A stretch of 32,000 bases of DNA from Prevotella phage Lak-C1. Below the pieces are notes generated by a model. It did no database searches and was not told the DNA's origin. It saw only the letters and a program-made list of their open reading frames with translations. Positions within the stretch are counted from its first letter, which is position 1. Each line of letters begins with the position of its first letter. This document shows, in pieces, positions 1 through 9,625 of the stretch. The stretch lies in the sequence record MK250029.1; one strand, given 5' to 3'. A program made the translations under genes and the position numbers.

Positions 1-646
1 ACTTAATTTCATCAAGATTATCAAAAAGATATTTTGTATTATTCTTAATGAATTCATCATGTTGCTTATGATAGTTAATACCACGCTGCAAATCCTTATA
101 TCCAAGAAGCAATACTTTCAAATCATGATCACGAAGTTTTTGAATATCAGATTCTTTTAGAATTCCAACAATAGTATGCAGAACAGTATTAGGAATACTA
201 TTCATCTTTTCAATAAGTTCATCTGTAGGATGAATCAAAGAAACACCAATACCATAAACATACTTATGTTCAGACCATGTTTTCAATTTATCATAGTTTC
301 TCAAGAACTGATTCTGATTAACAGTAATGTTTGCATACACCTTTTTCTTTTTCAAAAATTCAAGGAATGCAACAAGATCAGGATGATCTAGGTCATTACC
401 ATTAAGAGCAATCTCTGTATATGGATGAAGAGTATTAATAAAAGGATATGAAAACAAATCACTGTGTTTCCCTTCTGGTGAACACCCCTCGTAGCAAAAC
501 TGACACATCTCTCGACACTTATCTGTTAATTTGCAATCTACGTTCTCAGAAAATGACGGAATAAATGAGTCTGCATCCGTTCGACGTATCTTAGTTCCAT
601 CACTCAAAATCGTTACAATGTAATTACCATTCTTATAACTTGGCAT
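1..646 (-). CDS. Partial radical SAM-like protein (C-terminus runs off the window edge)
   Basis: Minus-strand ORF starting ATG at 646: MPSYKNGNYIVTILSDGTKIRRTDADSFIPSFSENVDCKLTDKCREMCQFCYEGCSPEGKHSD... open to position 1. CREMCQFC is a CX3CX2C radical SAM motif. It is missing from the supplied ORF track, probably because it has no stop in the window. Confidence 0.8.
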   Translation of the reverse strand, partial: MPSYKNGNYIVTILSDGTKIRRTDADSFIPSFSENVDCKLTDKCREMCQFCYEGCSPEGKHSDLFSYPFINTLHPYTEIALNGNDLDHPDLVAFLEFLKKKKVYANITVNQNQFLRNYDKLKTWSEHKYVYGIGVSLIHPTDELIEKMNSIPNTVLHTIVGILKESDIQKLRDHDLKVLLLGYKDLQRGINYHKQHDEFIKNNTKYLFDNLDEIK

Positions 647-693
647 AATTCTTTTTATTTAAAAATTAATATTTGTGTTTAAAACTGATATTA

Positions 694-701
694 CAAAGAT
701 A
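694..701 (-). promoter_or_regulatory. Candidate Bacteroidetes-type -7 element TATCTTTG upstream of the radical SAM gene
   Basis: Reverse complement reads tatgTATCTTTGtaat about 48 nt upstream of the ATG at 646. It matches the TAnnTTTG consensus and resembles copies at 18824 and 22567. Confidence 0.45.
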
Positions 702-841
702 CATAAAAGTTTTCACATAGAAAATATGTAATAATCATTTTTAGCATTTATTTGATAAATAAAGAAATTTATATGATTTAAATAAACTTTTTATTATTTC
801 TTTCTTAAATAATAGAAGATATATTTTAATTTTTAATTTTA

Positions 842-1183
842 ATGATTATGACAGTATTTTACATTATTATGTTTATAGCATTGTATATTGCTTTTGGTAT
901 TACAATATTCGGAATTGGTTATAAATACGATTTTTTGGATGTTCGAAAAGATTATAAGCAATCAGTATGTCAAGGTGATGAATATTCAACAATTGTAATG
1001 AGTATTATTTTTTGGCCATTAATTGCAGCATGTTTTTTGTTGTTTTCAATACCACGACGTATAATAGATAGTCTTATTAATGCAATAGATGAAGATATAA
1101 GATATGAAGAATTATTACGTAATAAACGGTTGAAGAACAATAAAGATAATTATAATGACAATGATAATAATATAAAATTATGA
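842..1183 (+). CDS. Small membrane protein, unknown function
   Basis: ORF with two hydrophobic segments (MIMTVFYIIMFIALYIAFGITIFGIGY; IVMSIIFWPLIAACFLLFSI). TGA stop overlaps the next start (ATGATTAA). Confidence 0.7.
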   Translation: MIMTVFYIIMFIALYIAFGITIFGIGYKYDFLDVRKDYKQSVCQGDEYSTIVMSIIFWPLIAACFLLFSIPRRIIDSLINAIDEDIRYEELLRNKRLKNNKDNYNDNDNNIKL

Positions 1184-1479
1184 TTAATAGATTACATATT
1201 TTAACAAAAAGTCGTAAATATACAGATTATTACAGTGAATTTATAAAGTATAAAGGGAAGAAAATAAAAATTGTTATAAAATTTGAATCAAACCGATTTG
1301 TTGCACGTCTATATTTGTTAACAAATTTAGGGTTGAACGAATTTGCATACTCATCTGATTTCGAATATGATGTTAATAAATTTAATTGTAATTTTGACAG
1401 TATAGATAAAAATGAAAAAATAAAAATGATTAATACATTAAAAGATTTATCAAGGGATTATATTACTCAAGTGTTCTAA
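1180..1479 (+). CDS. Hypothetical protein
   Basis: ORF overlapping the upstream gene by 4 nt, TAA stop. Confidence 0.6.
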   Translation: MINRLHILTKSRKYTDYYSEFIKYKGKKIKIVIKFESNRFVARLYLLTNLGLNEFAYSSDFEYDVNKFNCNFDSIDKNEKIKMINTLKDLSRDYITQVF

Positions 1480-1505
1480 ATAATAAATATAAAAAAGAAT
1501 ACATA

Positions 1506-1775
1506 ATGATGAATAATATATTATCTTTTGTAATTATGTTTTTACAACATATATTATATATTATAGAAGGCTATTTAAAATGGTTATTTGATATTATAAC
1601 ATTTAAGGAATCTCGACTTTCTAAAAAGAGAATGATTATATGTAAAAAATGTGAAAATTATAATCATGGTATATGTGATAAATGTGGATGTATTCTTAAA
1701 GCAAAAACTAGAGTGGACTTTTTATTAGATAATGACGGAATTAGCATAGACGGATGTCCAATAAGGAAATGGTAA
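1506..1775 (+). CDS. Small zinc-ribbon-like protein with N-terminal hydrophobic segment
   Basis: CKKCENYNHGICDKCGCILKAKTR...CPIRKW cysteine pattern, as in many small phage zinc-ribbon proteins. Confidence 0.65.
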   Translation: MMNNILSFVIMFLQHILYIIEGYLKWLFDIITFKESRLSKKRMIICKKCENYNHGICDKCGCILKAKTRVDFLLDNDGISIDGCPIRKW

Positions 1776-1834
1776 TAAACTATTTCCTTATTTTTTTATA
1801 TAATCAATATAAAAAAATAAAATGTTATTATTTA

Positions 1835-2332
1835 ATGACTGAAATTTTTAAAGATATTAAAAGAGAAATGCAGGAAATTCAAGATAATATAGGTGCTTTT
1901 CACGAAACAGGATTGAAAGATGACGGAATGATGAAAATTAAACCGTCTATTACTGTATGTGTTGATTTTGATGGAACAATGGTTCAACATGAATATCCTG
2001 AAATTGGTAAAGAAACAGAAGGTTGTGTTGAAACATTAAAGCGATGGGTTGATGAATATAATGTAGGAATTATTCTCGATACTATGAGAAGTGGTGATTC
2101 ATTGGATGAAGCTGTTGCATGGTGTAAAGAAAAAGGAATTAAGTTATATGGTATCAGTAAAGATCCTGAACAAGAAAAATGGACAGATTCACCTAAAGCA
2201 TATGCACCATTTTCTATTGATGACAGAAATGTTGGATGTCCTTTAGTATATGGAAAATCAAGAAGACCATATGTAAACTGGGATAAGGTAGTAGAGATTT
2301 TTGAGCCTGTTATTAAAATGTTTGCAAAATGA
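1835..2332 (+). CDS. HAD-like hydrolase
   Basis: VCVDFDGTMVQHEYPEIG (DxDGT motif I), IILDTMRSG and later DDRNVGCPL. The ORF track begins at 1754, but MTEIFKDIKREM at 1835 is a more plausible start after the previous gene's end. Confidence 0.75.
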   Translation: MTEIFKDIKREMQEIQDNIGAFHETGLKDDGMMKIKPSITVCVDFDGTMVQHEYPEIGKETEGCVETLKRWVDEYNVGIILDTMRSGDSLDEAVAWCKEKGIKLYGISKDPEQEKWTDSPKAYAPFSIDDRNVGCPLVYGKSRRPYVNWDKVVEIFEPVIKMFAK

Positions 2333-2700
2333 TAAAATTTAAAAAGAAGGATACAGATAATATATTAATCAGAGTTAAAGGTATATCAGGAAATGTAAAA
2401 GAATTATTATCATTGTTAGATAAACATGATTTATCTATTGATGCATTATATAATTATAAGGAATTAGGAAAATATGTAGATAATTCAATTATAATGACTG
2501 ATATACGTAATTTGTTATGTAATGGTGCAAATGATTTAATTAATATATCACATATAAAAATAATGTATGATATTACAGAAGTAAAATGTATAAAATTTGA
2601 TACTTTTTATTTTTTTAAAGCATTATTATCAGATGCATCTACATCAACATATTTTTTAACTAATGATAAAATGTTTATTGAAAAATATATTAAAAAATAA
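2329..2700 (+). CDS. Hypothetical protein
   Basis: ORF with 4-nt ATGA overlap with the HAD gene, TAA stop. Confidence 0.6.
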   Translation: MIKFKKKDTDNILIRVKGISGNVKELLSLLDKHDLSIDALYNYKELGKYVDNSIIMTDIRNLLCNGANDLINISHIKIMYDITEVKCIKFDTFYFFKALLSDASTSTYFLTNDKMFIEKYIKK

Positions 2701-2703
2701 ATT

Positions 2704-3237
2704 ATGTAGTACGACGACACAATTATTATTAATCTGATTGCTGGCGCATGTGCAGGAAAATCAACTATTGCGAGTGGAATTTTTTATAAATTAAAAATGA
2801 AAGGAGTTGATTGTGAGCAGTCATTGGAATATGCAAAAGACAGGGTTTGGGAAGGAAGTTATTCAACAATGGATGATTAGATTTATATGTTTGGAAAACA
2901 ATATCATCGTGTATGGAGATTGAATCATAAAGTATAGGTGGTTATATCAGATAGTCCATTAATTTTATCAATTTATTATTCTAAATTTAAAAGTAAATAT
3001 TTTGAAGATTTTGTAATAGAGCAATTTAATACATTTCATAATATTACATATTTTATTGATAGAGACACTGAATATAATCAGAATGGAAGAATCCATACGC
3101 TTGAATAGGCAAAAGAAGCAGATCAAAAATTGAAAGATATTTTGGAAAAACATAATATTGAATATACCACTGTTAAAACAACAGAGGCAACTGACATTAT
3201 AACAGATCATATTTTAGATATATTGAATATGAAGTGA
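2704..3237 (+). CDS. P-loop NTPase/kinase-like protein (AAA_28/AAA_33-like), contains 4 in-frame TAG codons
   Basis: Reading TAG as Q: M(Q)YDDTIIINLIAGACAGKSTIASGIFYKLKMKGVDCEQSLEYAKDRVWEGSYSTMDD(Q)IYMFGKQYHRVWRLNHKV(Q)VVISDSPLILSIYYSKF...LE(Q)AKEADQKLKDILEKH..., ending in TGA. Walker A-like GACAGKST and ISDSPL. Not in the supplied ORF track. Confidence 0.85.
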
Positions 3238-3241
3238 GAAA

Positions 3242-3285
3242 ATAAAGGGATGTAGAATTTGACAATAATCTACATCCCTTTATTG
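3242..3285 (+). terminator. Stem-loop terminator
   Basis: AATAAAGGGATGTAGA / TCTACATCCCTTTATT, 16-bp perfect stem, 5 nt after the kinase stop. Confidence 0.8.
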
Positions 3286-3328
3286 CTTAAAATAAATAAT
3301 GAAATATCATATACGAATATTTTAATTT

Positions 3329-4972
3329 ATGGAAGAAAGTAATCTTATTAATAATGATAATACATATAATACTGATATGAGTACATCATAGTCTACTATT
3401 GGTGGAAATGTAACAACAAATAATAAATTTAATAAAGATGATTTATAGGAAGTTACAGGTGGAGGAGGTGGAGGTATTGTTACACCACCAACTACAATAG
3501 TTGATGGATCTGAAACATCATAGTAGACCGGAACTTTAACACCTATATTATTAATATTAGGTGATGGTACAACTACACCAGATGTAGATGAGGAACCAGT
3601 TTTACTTGAAGAAGATGGAGACACAACATATAATGCTGTTATAAATTCATATTATGAATCTAATATACCTACTATTACACTTAAAAGTAATTAGTAGAGT
3701 TACAGTAATTCAAATTATGTAATTGCTGTTACAGAAACAGATAAAAATACTCCTATTAATTATGATCCAACTAATTTAAGTGTTTCATTTACAAATAATA
3801 AAAATAATTGGTGTAGCGTTACCTTTATTAAAAATCCGTTAAACTTTACATTTACAGAACCAAAGAATTTAACATTAAATTCTGATAATTTTCCTAGTAA
3901 TTCTAATATAATTGTGCCAGTCATATCATGTGAAGAAAATAATACAGGTCAAGAAAGAAATACAACAATAACATTTAATATTAAAAACTTTACTATATCA
4001 CATAATATACAAATGAATGTTATATAGAGTGCACAAGTATTACCAGGTCCATATGTATTAAAATATGTAAGTGGTTATGTATTGGGTGAATATGACCATA
4101 CAAAATATAAATATAAAATATTATCTAATAATACATATTATATATTTAAAAATCGAAAAATTAGTTATATATATGAAAATGAAAACGATCCTGAAAAGGT
4201 TGATTACTTCAAGTTTTTTTTATGCTTTGGTATTGTTGATTAGAATGGTAATATATATGGTAATTTACAAGCAACTGATAATTCTGAGTTGAAAAATAAT
4301 TATACGAATTTAATAACATTATCAAAAACAAATTATAAATTAGATTTATACTATGAAACATAGGTATTTAGATGTGGAACTGCTGCAATAATGTAGATTG
4401 ATATACCAAATGATGCGGAACTTTAGGATGTAATTACTTTTAGTTATAATAATAAACAATTTATGACACTTAAATATGCACATTAGGATTAGAAAAATAC
4501 AATAATTGCAAGGGCAAAATGGTATGATTCAACTAGTCCTATTACCGGTGGTAGTTTATATTTTTTAACAAGTAAAAACGTTAAAAAAGAAATAAGGTAT
4601 AGTGGCATTCCTTTATATGATTATATGACTCGAGATAATATTATATTTTTAATAGATAATAAATATCAAATAAATACAAATAGCAAAATATTAAGTAATG
4701 TATTAACTGAATATAACTTAGAAAATAACGGTGGTTATGATTTTAATTTATATATGAATTGTAACGTTATAGATATTTCTGATATAATAAATGATGTAGA
4801 TGGAAACCATGTATATTTAAAAGATATAGAAAATGGAGAACCATTTACAAATTTTAAAATATATATTTATACAACCAATAATTAGTCAGAATATGTATAT
4901 TTAGGATATATAGCAATGGGAGAATTATATAATGTTAGTGAAGCATTTATTGGTTTTTTTGATAAAAAATAA
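3329..4972 (+). CDS. Phage structural/adhesin-like protein with BACON/Ig-like domain, TAG-recoded
   Basis: Continuous 547-codon frame when TAG is sense (at least 14 TAGs), ending in TAA. Gly-rich linker GGGGGGIV; BACON-like stretch NNWCSVTFIKNPLNF...GQERNTTITFNIKNFTISHNIQMNVIQSAQ. Confidence 0.75.
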
Positions 4973-5041
4973 TAACTTATAATTTTTAATTACGTCATTT
5001 AATTTGCAGTATTTCATTTTTGAATGTAGATATATAAATTT

Positions 5042-7060
5042 ATGAATAATTTATATATTATGAATACTGAAAAATATTATGGTCTTGACTTAGAAACGGC
5101 AAAGAAAGACTCATCTATTATAGATTGCGAATATCCTGGTCCTAGACCGGAAAATCCATCACTAAATACTACGAATACTCCTCTTTTAAATAAAGCAAGT
5201 ACAACAAGTAATTATAAAAAACTTAATAATTGTCCTCAAACATTTATTTTAAAAGATCACAATGATGCTATAACAGATAGTAGTTTACTTGTAATTGAAT
5301 ACGGATTTGATACAGGGAATGGAATAGAAATAATGTATGAATATAGGTTAGAATATAATGGTATAAAAAAATAGGTTTATCTTGGATATGAAGATACAAA
5401 TAAAATATTTACTAATAAATTAGGAACTATTATAACTACATAGGAAACTACATTAGACTCTAATACTGCTGGTTGTTCTGCTAAAGTTTATTTAATACCA
5501 AATGATAATACAGGTGCTCCAATTAAATTTAGTTTAAATAAATGTACATAGGATAGATTAATTACATTTAGTTATAAGGAAACACCAATATTTCAAATTT
5601 AGTAGACTTATAAAAAGGAATTAAAGATTGGTGATGTTCTTTATTCAACTAATGATAATAAATTAACACTTGATGCATAGATAAACGGTGTAAATAACAC
5701 TCCTATTGCAATTTGTGTAATTCCTGATGTTTATGAAAATTTAAAAACTGGTGATGAATCAGATGGTGGTGTTCATACAGCAAGATTTGTTTCTTTAAAT
5801 TATATGAATTATAACACACCTGCAACAGGTAGTATAGGTACACAGACCATGTACTTTGGTAATAATGGTACAACAATAGGTAATACTAAGGGCGGAACAG
5901 ATAAAACATCATGTGTAGGTGGTAAATGGAATACAAAGCGATGCGTATTTAAAGCAACAAATCAAGATAAAACTAGTGACAAAGTAGAAAATAAATCTGA
6001 TGCAGGTTATTGTGCACCAGCATGTTGTTGTGACAGATATTCAACACCTGGTACAAAACCAGGTGACTGGTACTTACCAATGCCTGGTGAATTAAGTAAA
6101 CTTTATGAAAACAAAACAACTATAAATAAGGCAAGAATTTCATTATCCGGTTATGATAGTAATTTCTTTGATGACATTTATTGGAGTAGTAGAGAGAGCT
6201 CTAGTAACAATGAGTACAGTGTCAGTCTCTATCATGGTTACATCGGCAACGGCCTTAAGAACGAACACAACTATGTTTTAGGTTTCTTAGCAGTAGAAGT
6301 ACCATTATTTAATATACCATCATTTAAACCGTAGGTTAATATGGATCCTGTTAAGTTAGATTCATCATCAATTAAGAAGAAATCTGCAGTAGGTGATATT
6401 CTTTATTCAACTTCAGATGGTAAGTTAACACTTGATAAAACAACTAATGGTGTGACTAATACAGCTATCGCAATTTGCGTAATTCCTGAAGTTACAGAAA
6501 ACTTTAAAAATGGTGATAATTCAAATGGTGCTGTTTTAACAGCTAGATTTGTTTCTTTGAATTACATGAATTATGATAGTCCTTCTACTGGAAACAAAGA
6601 TGCTCAGCGTATACACTTTGGTAATTCTTTTGATATAATAGGTAATGTAAAAGGTGGTACGTATTCAACAGCATATATAGGAGGTAAATGGAATACTCAA
6701 CAATGTTTATTTAAAACAGCAAATCAAGATCCATATATATATGCTGGTGTGACAAATAATTTAGATAATGGTTACTCTCCTGCTGCATGTTGTTGTGTTG
6801 CATATTCAACACCAGGTACAAAACAAGGTGACTGGTATTTACCAATGCCTGGTGAATTATATCAGATTTATGCAAATAAAACTATTATAAATGAAAAACG
6901 TACAGCTATAAAAGGTAGTGGTTTCGGTGTCGACTATTATTGGAGTAGTAGAGGGTACGAAAACGGTGCGTACGGTGTCCATTTCAATGATGGTTACATC
7001 GAGAGCTACAGTAATGGCAGTGACTTCTATGCCTTAAGTTTCTTAGCTTTAGAAGCGTGA
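5042..7060 (+). CDS. Tail fibre/adhesin-like protein with tandem Lcl_C/C-type-lectin-like domains, TAG-recoded; candidate DGR target protein
   Basis: ORFs 5042..5374, 5804..6334 and 6341..7060 share one frame, separated only by TAGs; 672 aa ending in TGA. Two paralogous blocks: GDVLYSTNDNKLTLD...GDWYLPMPGELSKLYENK...YWSSRESSSNNEYSVSLYHGYIGNGLKNEHNYVLGFLAVE and GDILYSTSDGKLTLD...GDWYLPMPGELYQIYANK...YWSSRGYENGAYGVHFNDGYIESYSNGSDFYALSFLALEA. Confidence 0.85.
6179..6300 (+). other. Candidate DGR variable region 1 (or decayed VR-like copy)
   Basis: tattggagtagtagagagagctctagtaacaatgagtacagt...ggttacatcggcaacggccttaagaacgaacacaactatgttttaggtttcttagc. Aligns with 6938-7060, with differences concentrated at codon positions 1 and 2. 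Confidence 0.5.
6938..7060 (+). other. Candidate DGR variable region 2
   Basis: tattggagtagtagagggtacgaaaacggtgcgtacggtgtccatttcaatgatggttacatcgagagctacagtaatggcagtgacttctatgccttaagtttcttagctttagaagcgtga at the extreme 3' end of the gene, GC-richer than its surroundings. Confidence 0.6.
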
Positions 7061-7077
7061 CTTTGATGTCACACTTC
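7052..7077 (+). other. Short inverted repeat/hairpin at the 3' boundary of the candidate VR
   Basis: GAAGCGTGAC-TTTGAT-GTCACACTTC: 10-bp stem with one mismatch and 6-nt loop, spanning the TGA stop. Confidence 0.65.
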
Positions 7078-7260
7078 ATAAATTAATTTGATATTTAATT
7101 ATTTACATATTTAGATAAATGTTGGTCAAAAATAGCTTTCATTAGATGATTTATGTATATATATGTTTTGGTAATACATACACGAAATTGATATAATTAA
7201 TTTTGAATATTTTTAGTAAAATAAACATTTAGGAGTTTATAGAATAAAAAAATAATATAT

Positions 7261-7296
7261 AAGAGAATTAGAGATTTGTTTTTCTCTAATTCTCTT
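7261..7296 (+). terminator. Rho-independent terminator
   Basis: AAGAGAATTAGAGA / TCTCTAATTCTCTT perfect 14-bp stem followed by a T-rich tract. Confidence 0.85.
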
Positions 7297-7359
7297 TTTT
7301 ATTTTTATAACTTTTTATATATTTTTTTATATAATATAATAAAGTATATAAAGCAAGAA

Positions 7360-9288
7360 ATGCAATACACGATAGAATCAATAAAATCAAATATATTAGA
7401 TTGGGTTGAAAATAATATAGGTTTAGATTTTTCATTCAGAAAATATCAGCTTGAATCTATAATGTTTATTATTAAAAGTATATTAAATGATAATAGGGAA
7501 ACTTCTATAATTGAAGCACCAACAGGTTCTGGTAAATCCCTTATATGTATTATATGTGCAGGTGTATTGTCAAAATATTATCATAAATCATCATATATAC
7601 TTTGTTCAGATCTTTTTCTCTGGCAGCAATATGCGGATTTTATTGATAAAATGTCATTATATGAATTCGGTTATATAAAGGGTGCAATAGGAAATTATAC
7701 ATGTTTTGTTAATAAACAAGATCTCAGTTGCGGACGTTGTAAACTCGCAAAAGTTTCATATGGACAGTTAAGAGATAAGAATTGGAGAGAACGTAATATG
7801 TTTACATGTGTTGAACGATGTAAATATATGCAAGATAGATTTAGAGCAGAACGTTCAAATGTTACACTTATGACATATCAGTTATGGCTTCATCATATGA
7901 ATCTTGTAAATCAAAAAGCAGGAACAAGTCATCCATTTCCAAAGCGTGATGTTGTTTTTTGTGATGAGTGTCATAATATTCCTGATCTAGTTCAACAATT
8001 CTGTTCACCAACACTTCGAGATCAATCTCATACAAAGAAATTAATGGATATTCTTGATTACGCAGAACAACATAATATTGAGATGAAAACACTTTCATCT
8101 GATATAATATATGATGAATTTTTTAAACCTGAATGCTTAACACAGATATTAAATGAAAATAAAAAATTTGATAAACACTATACATATATATTTGATAACG
8201 ATAATATTAAAGACAAGTTGGATGTGGTATTTACTGGTCTTAATTACTATCATGATGATGCGGAACAAATTATAACATTACTTAAATTATTCCGAAATAT
8301 TCTTACTATTGTTGCAAATGTTAATTCATCATTAGAAGATGAAATTCAACATGAATCATTATTCAATACAAAGAATATGGATAAAGATATGGAAACATTG
8401 TCAAAAAGATTAACATGGTTTCATACATTTGGAAATTCATTTGAAGATTTCATGGAAGCAATTAAAAAGTCAGGAACTGAATATATGTTAATGGAAGTTA
8501 ATGTTAATCCAGAAACACATGAAAGAACATATCAGTTTAATTGTGCAAAAGAAGATTATCTTTGTAATGAATACCTTTTATCACATGCAAATAATAAAGT
8601 TCTTTTATCTGCTACTGTAGGATCTCATCATGCATTTGATGAAAATATAGGAACTAAATATACAAAACAACATGAATCTTTTTTCTCAAAGATTCCATCT
8701 ACATTTGATTTCAGTAAATCTCCTATATATTATATTCCTAAATATAAAATGAATTATGCAAATAAAGCTCATGATTTTCCAATGATTCAACAAATGGCAG
8801 CAAAGATTATAAATGCGCATAATCAATATAGAGGAATTATTCATACAGGTTCATATGAAAATGCAAGACTTTTTTATAATAGTGTTCCATATGAAGTAAG
8901 AAAGCGATTATTCCTTTATGGTACACCAAAGCAAAAAGAAGAAATAATGCCGGATTTTAAGAAATCAACTAATGGTATTTTAGTTGGTCCAACATTAACT
9001 GAAGGTATTGATCTTCCAGATGATTATTGTAGATTTATTATATTGATGAAAGTACCATATCCAAATATTACAAGTAAAATTGTAAAAAAGAAATTAGAAT
9101 TATTCCCATTATGGTATAATTGTACTACAAGTAATATTATTATACAAAGTATAGGTAGAGGTGTCAGAAATGAACATGATTACTGTACAACATATATATT
9201 AGATGGGTGTTTTGGTAATTTATATCAACAAACAAAAGAACAATATTCTCCAGAACTTCAAAATAGAATAAAAATAATTTATGCATAA
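7360..9288 (+). CDS. DinG/XPD-like superfamily 2 helicase with likely Fe-S cysteine domain
   Basis: Walker A IEAPTGSGKS, Walker B FCDECHN, VLLSATVG, GTLTEGIDLPDD-like GPTLTEGIDLP, QSIGRGVRN. Cysteines CFVNKQDLSCGRC...CVERC between motifs I and II. Start moved from 7276 to 7360 (MQYTIESIK), downstream of the terminator. Confidence 0.85.
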   Translation: MQYTIESIKSNILDWVENNIGLDFSFRKYQLESIMFIIKSILNDNRETSIIEAPTGSGKSLICIICAGVLSKYYHKSSYILCSDLFLWQQYADFIDKMSLYEFGYIKGAIGNYTCFVNKQDLSCGRCKLAKVSYGQLRDKNWRERNMFTCVERCKYMQDRFRAERSNVTLMTYQLWLHHMNLVNQKAGTSHPFPKRDVVFCDECHNIPDLVQQFCSPTLRDQSHTKKLMDILDYAEQHNIEMKTLSSDIIYDEFFKPECLTQILNENKKFDKHYTYIFDNDNIKDKLDVVFTGLNYYHDDAEQIITLLKLFRNILTIVANVNSSLEDEIQHESLFNTKNMDKDMETLSKRLTWFHTFGNSFEDFMEAIKKSGTEYMLMEVNVNPETHERTYQFNCAKEDYLCNEYLLSHANNKVLLSATVGSHHAFDENIGTKYTKQHESFFSKIPSTFDFSKSPIYYIPKYKMNYANKAHDFPMIQQMAAKIINAHNQYRGIIHTGSYENARLFYNSVPYEVRKRLFLYGTPKQKEEIMPDFKKSTNGILVGPTLTEGIDLPDDYCRFIILMKVPYPNITSKIVKKKLELFPLWYNCTTSNIIIQSIGRGVRNEHDYCTTYILDGCFGNLYQQTKEQYSPELQNRIKIIYA

Positions 9289-9622
9289 TCAAGAACTTTA
9301 TTTAAAGAATTCAGGATTATTATTTGCACATAAGTTTGAAAGAGTTGTTCATGGTGGTAGAGGAGATTATGTTGAATTTACATATGAACAAATTCTTCCA
9401 AAACTTTATTATAAATTTGATGAAGACCACATGGAATTTGATATAAATAATTTTGACAAATATACAGGCTTTTATTATCATTGGTTATAGCCTTTATTTG
9501 ATACTGAAACAAAAGTATATTTTCAGTTAAAAACTGTCAAATACGCTGATTATAAATTATATCATTTTTATGTAAGTCCAGATTTATTCATAAATTTTAA
9601 AGATCCCCAAAGTTTATTTTAA
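9281..9622 (+). CDS. Hypothetical protein, one internal TAG
   Basis: MHNQELYLKNSGLLFAHKFERVVHGG...YYHWL(Q)PLFDTETKVYFQLKTVKYADYKLYHFYVSPDLFINFKDPQSLF, TAA stop; extends the track ORF 9281..9490. Confidence 0.7.
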
Positions 9623-9625
9623 AAT

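Noticed and set aside
176-391. Plus-strand ORF 176..391
   Set aside because: Antisense to the radical SAM-like CDS, which has a clear CX3CX2C motif.
2968-3210. Minus-strand ORF MICYNVSCLCCFNSG...
   Set aside because: Antisense to the TAG-recoded P-loop kinase-like gene.
3322-3624. Minus-strand ORF MSPSSSSKTGSSSTSG...PPPPPPVTS
   Set aside because: Antisense of the Gly-rich linker of the TAG-recoded structural gene (GGxGGxGG gives PPPPP), so a composition artefact.
5042-7359. Complete DGR cassette in this window
   Set aside because: I found no reverse transcriptase motif set (e.g. YxDD) and no AAC-rich template repeat of the VR in the sequence. Only candidate variable regions are supported.
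7868-8098. Minus-strand ORF inside the helicase gene
   Set aside because: Fully antisense to a strongly supported CDS, with no recognisable domain.
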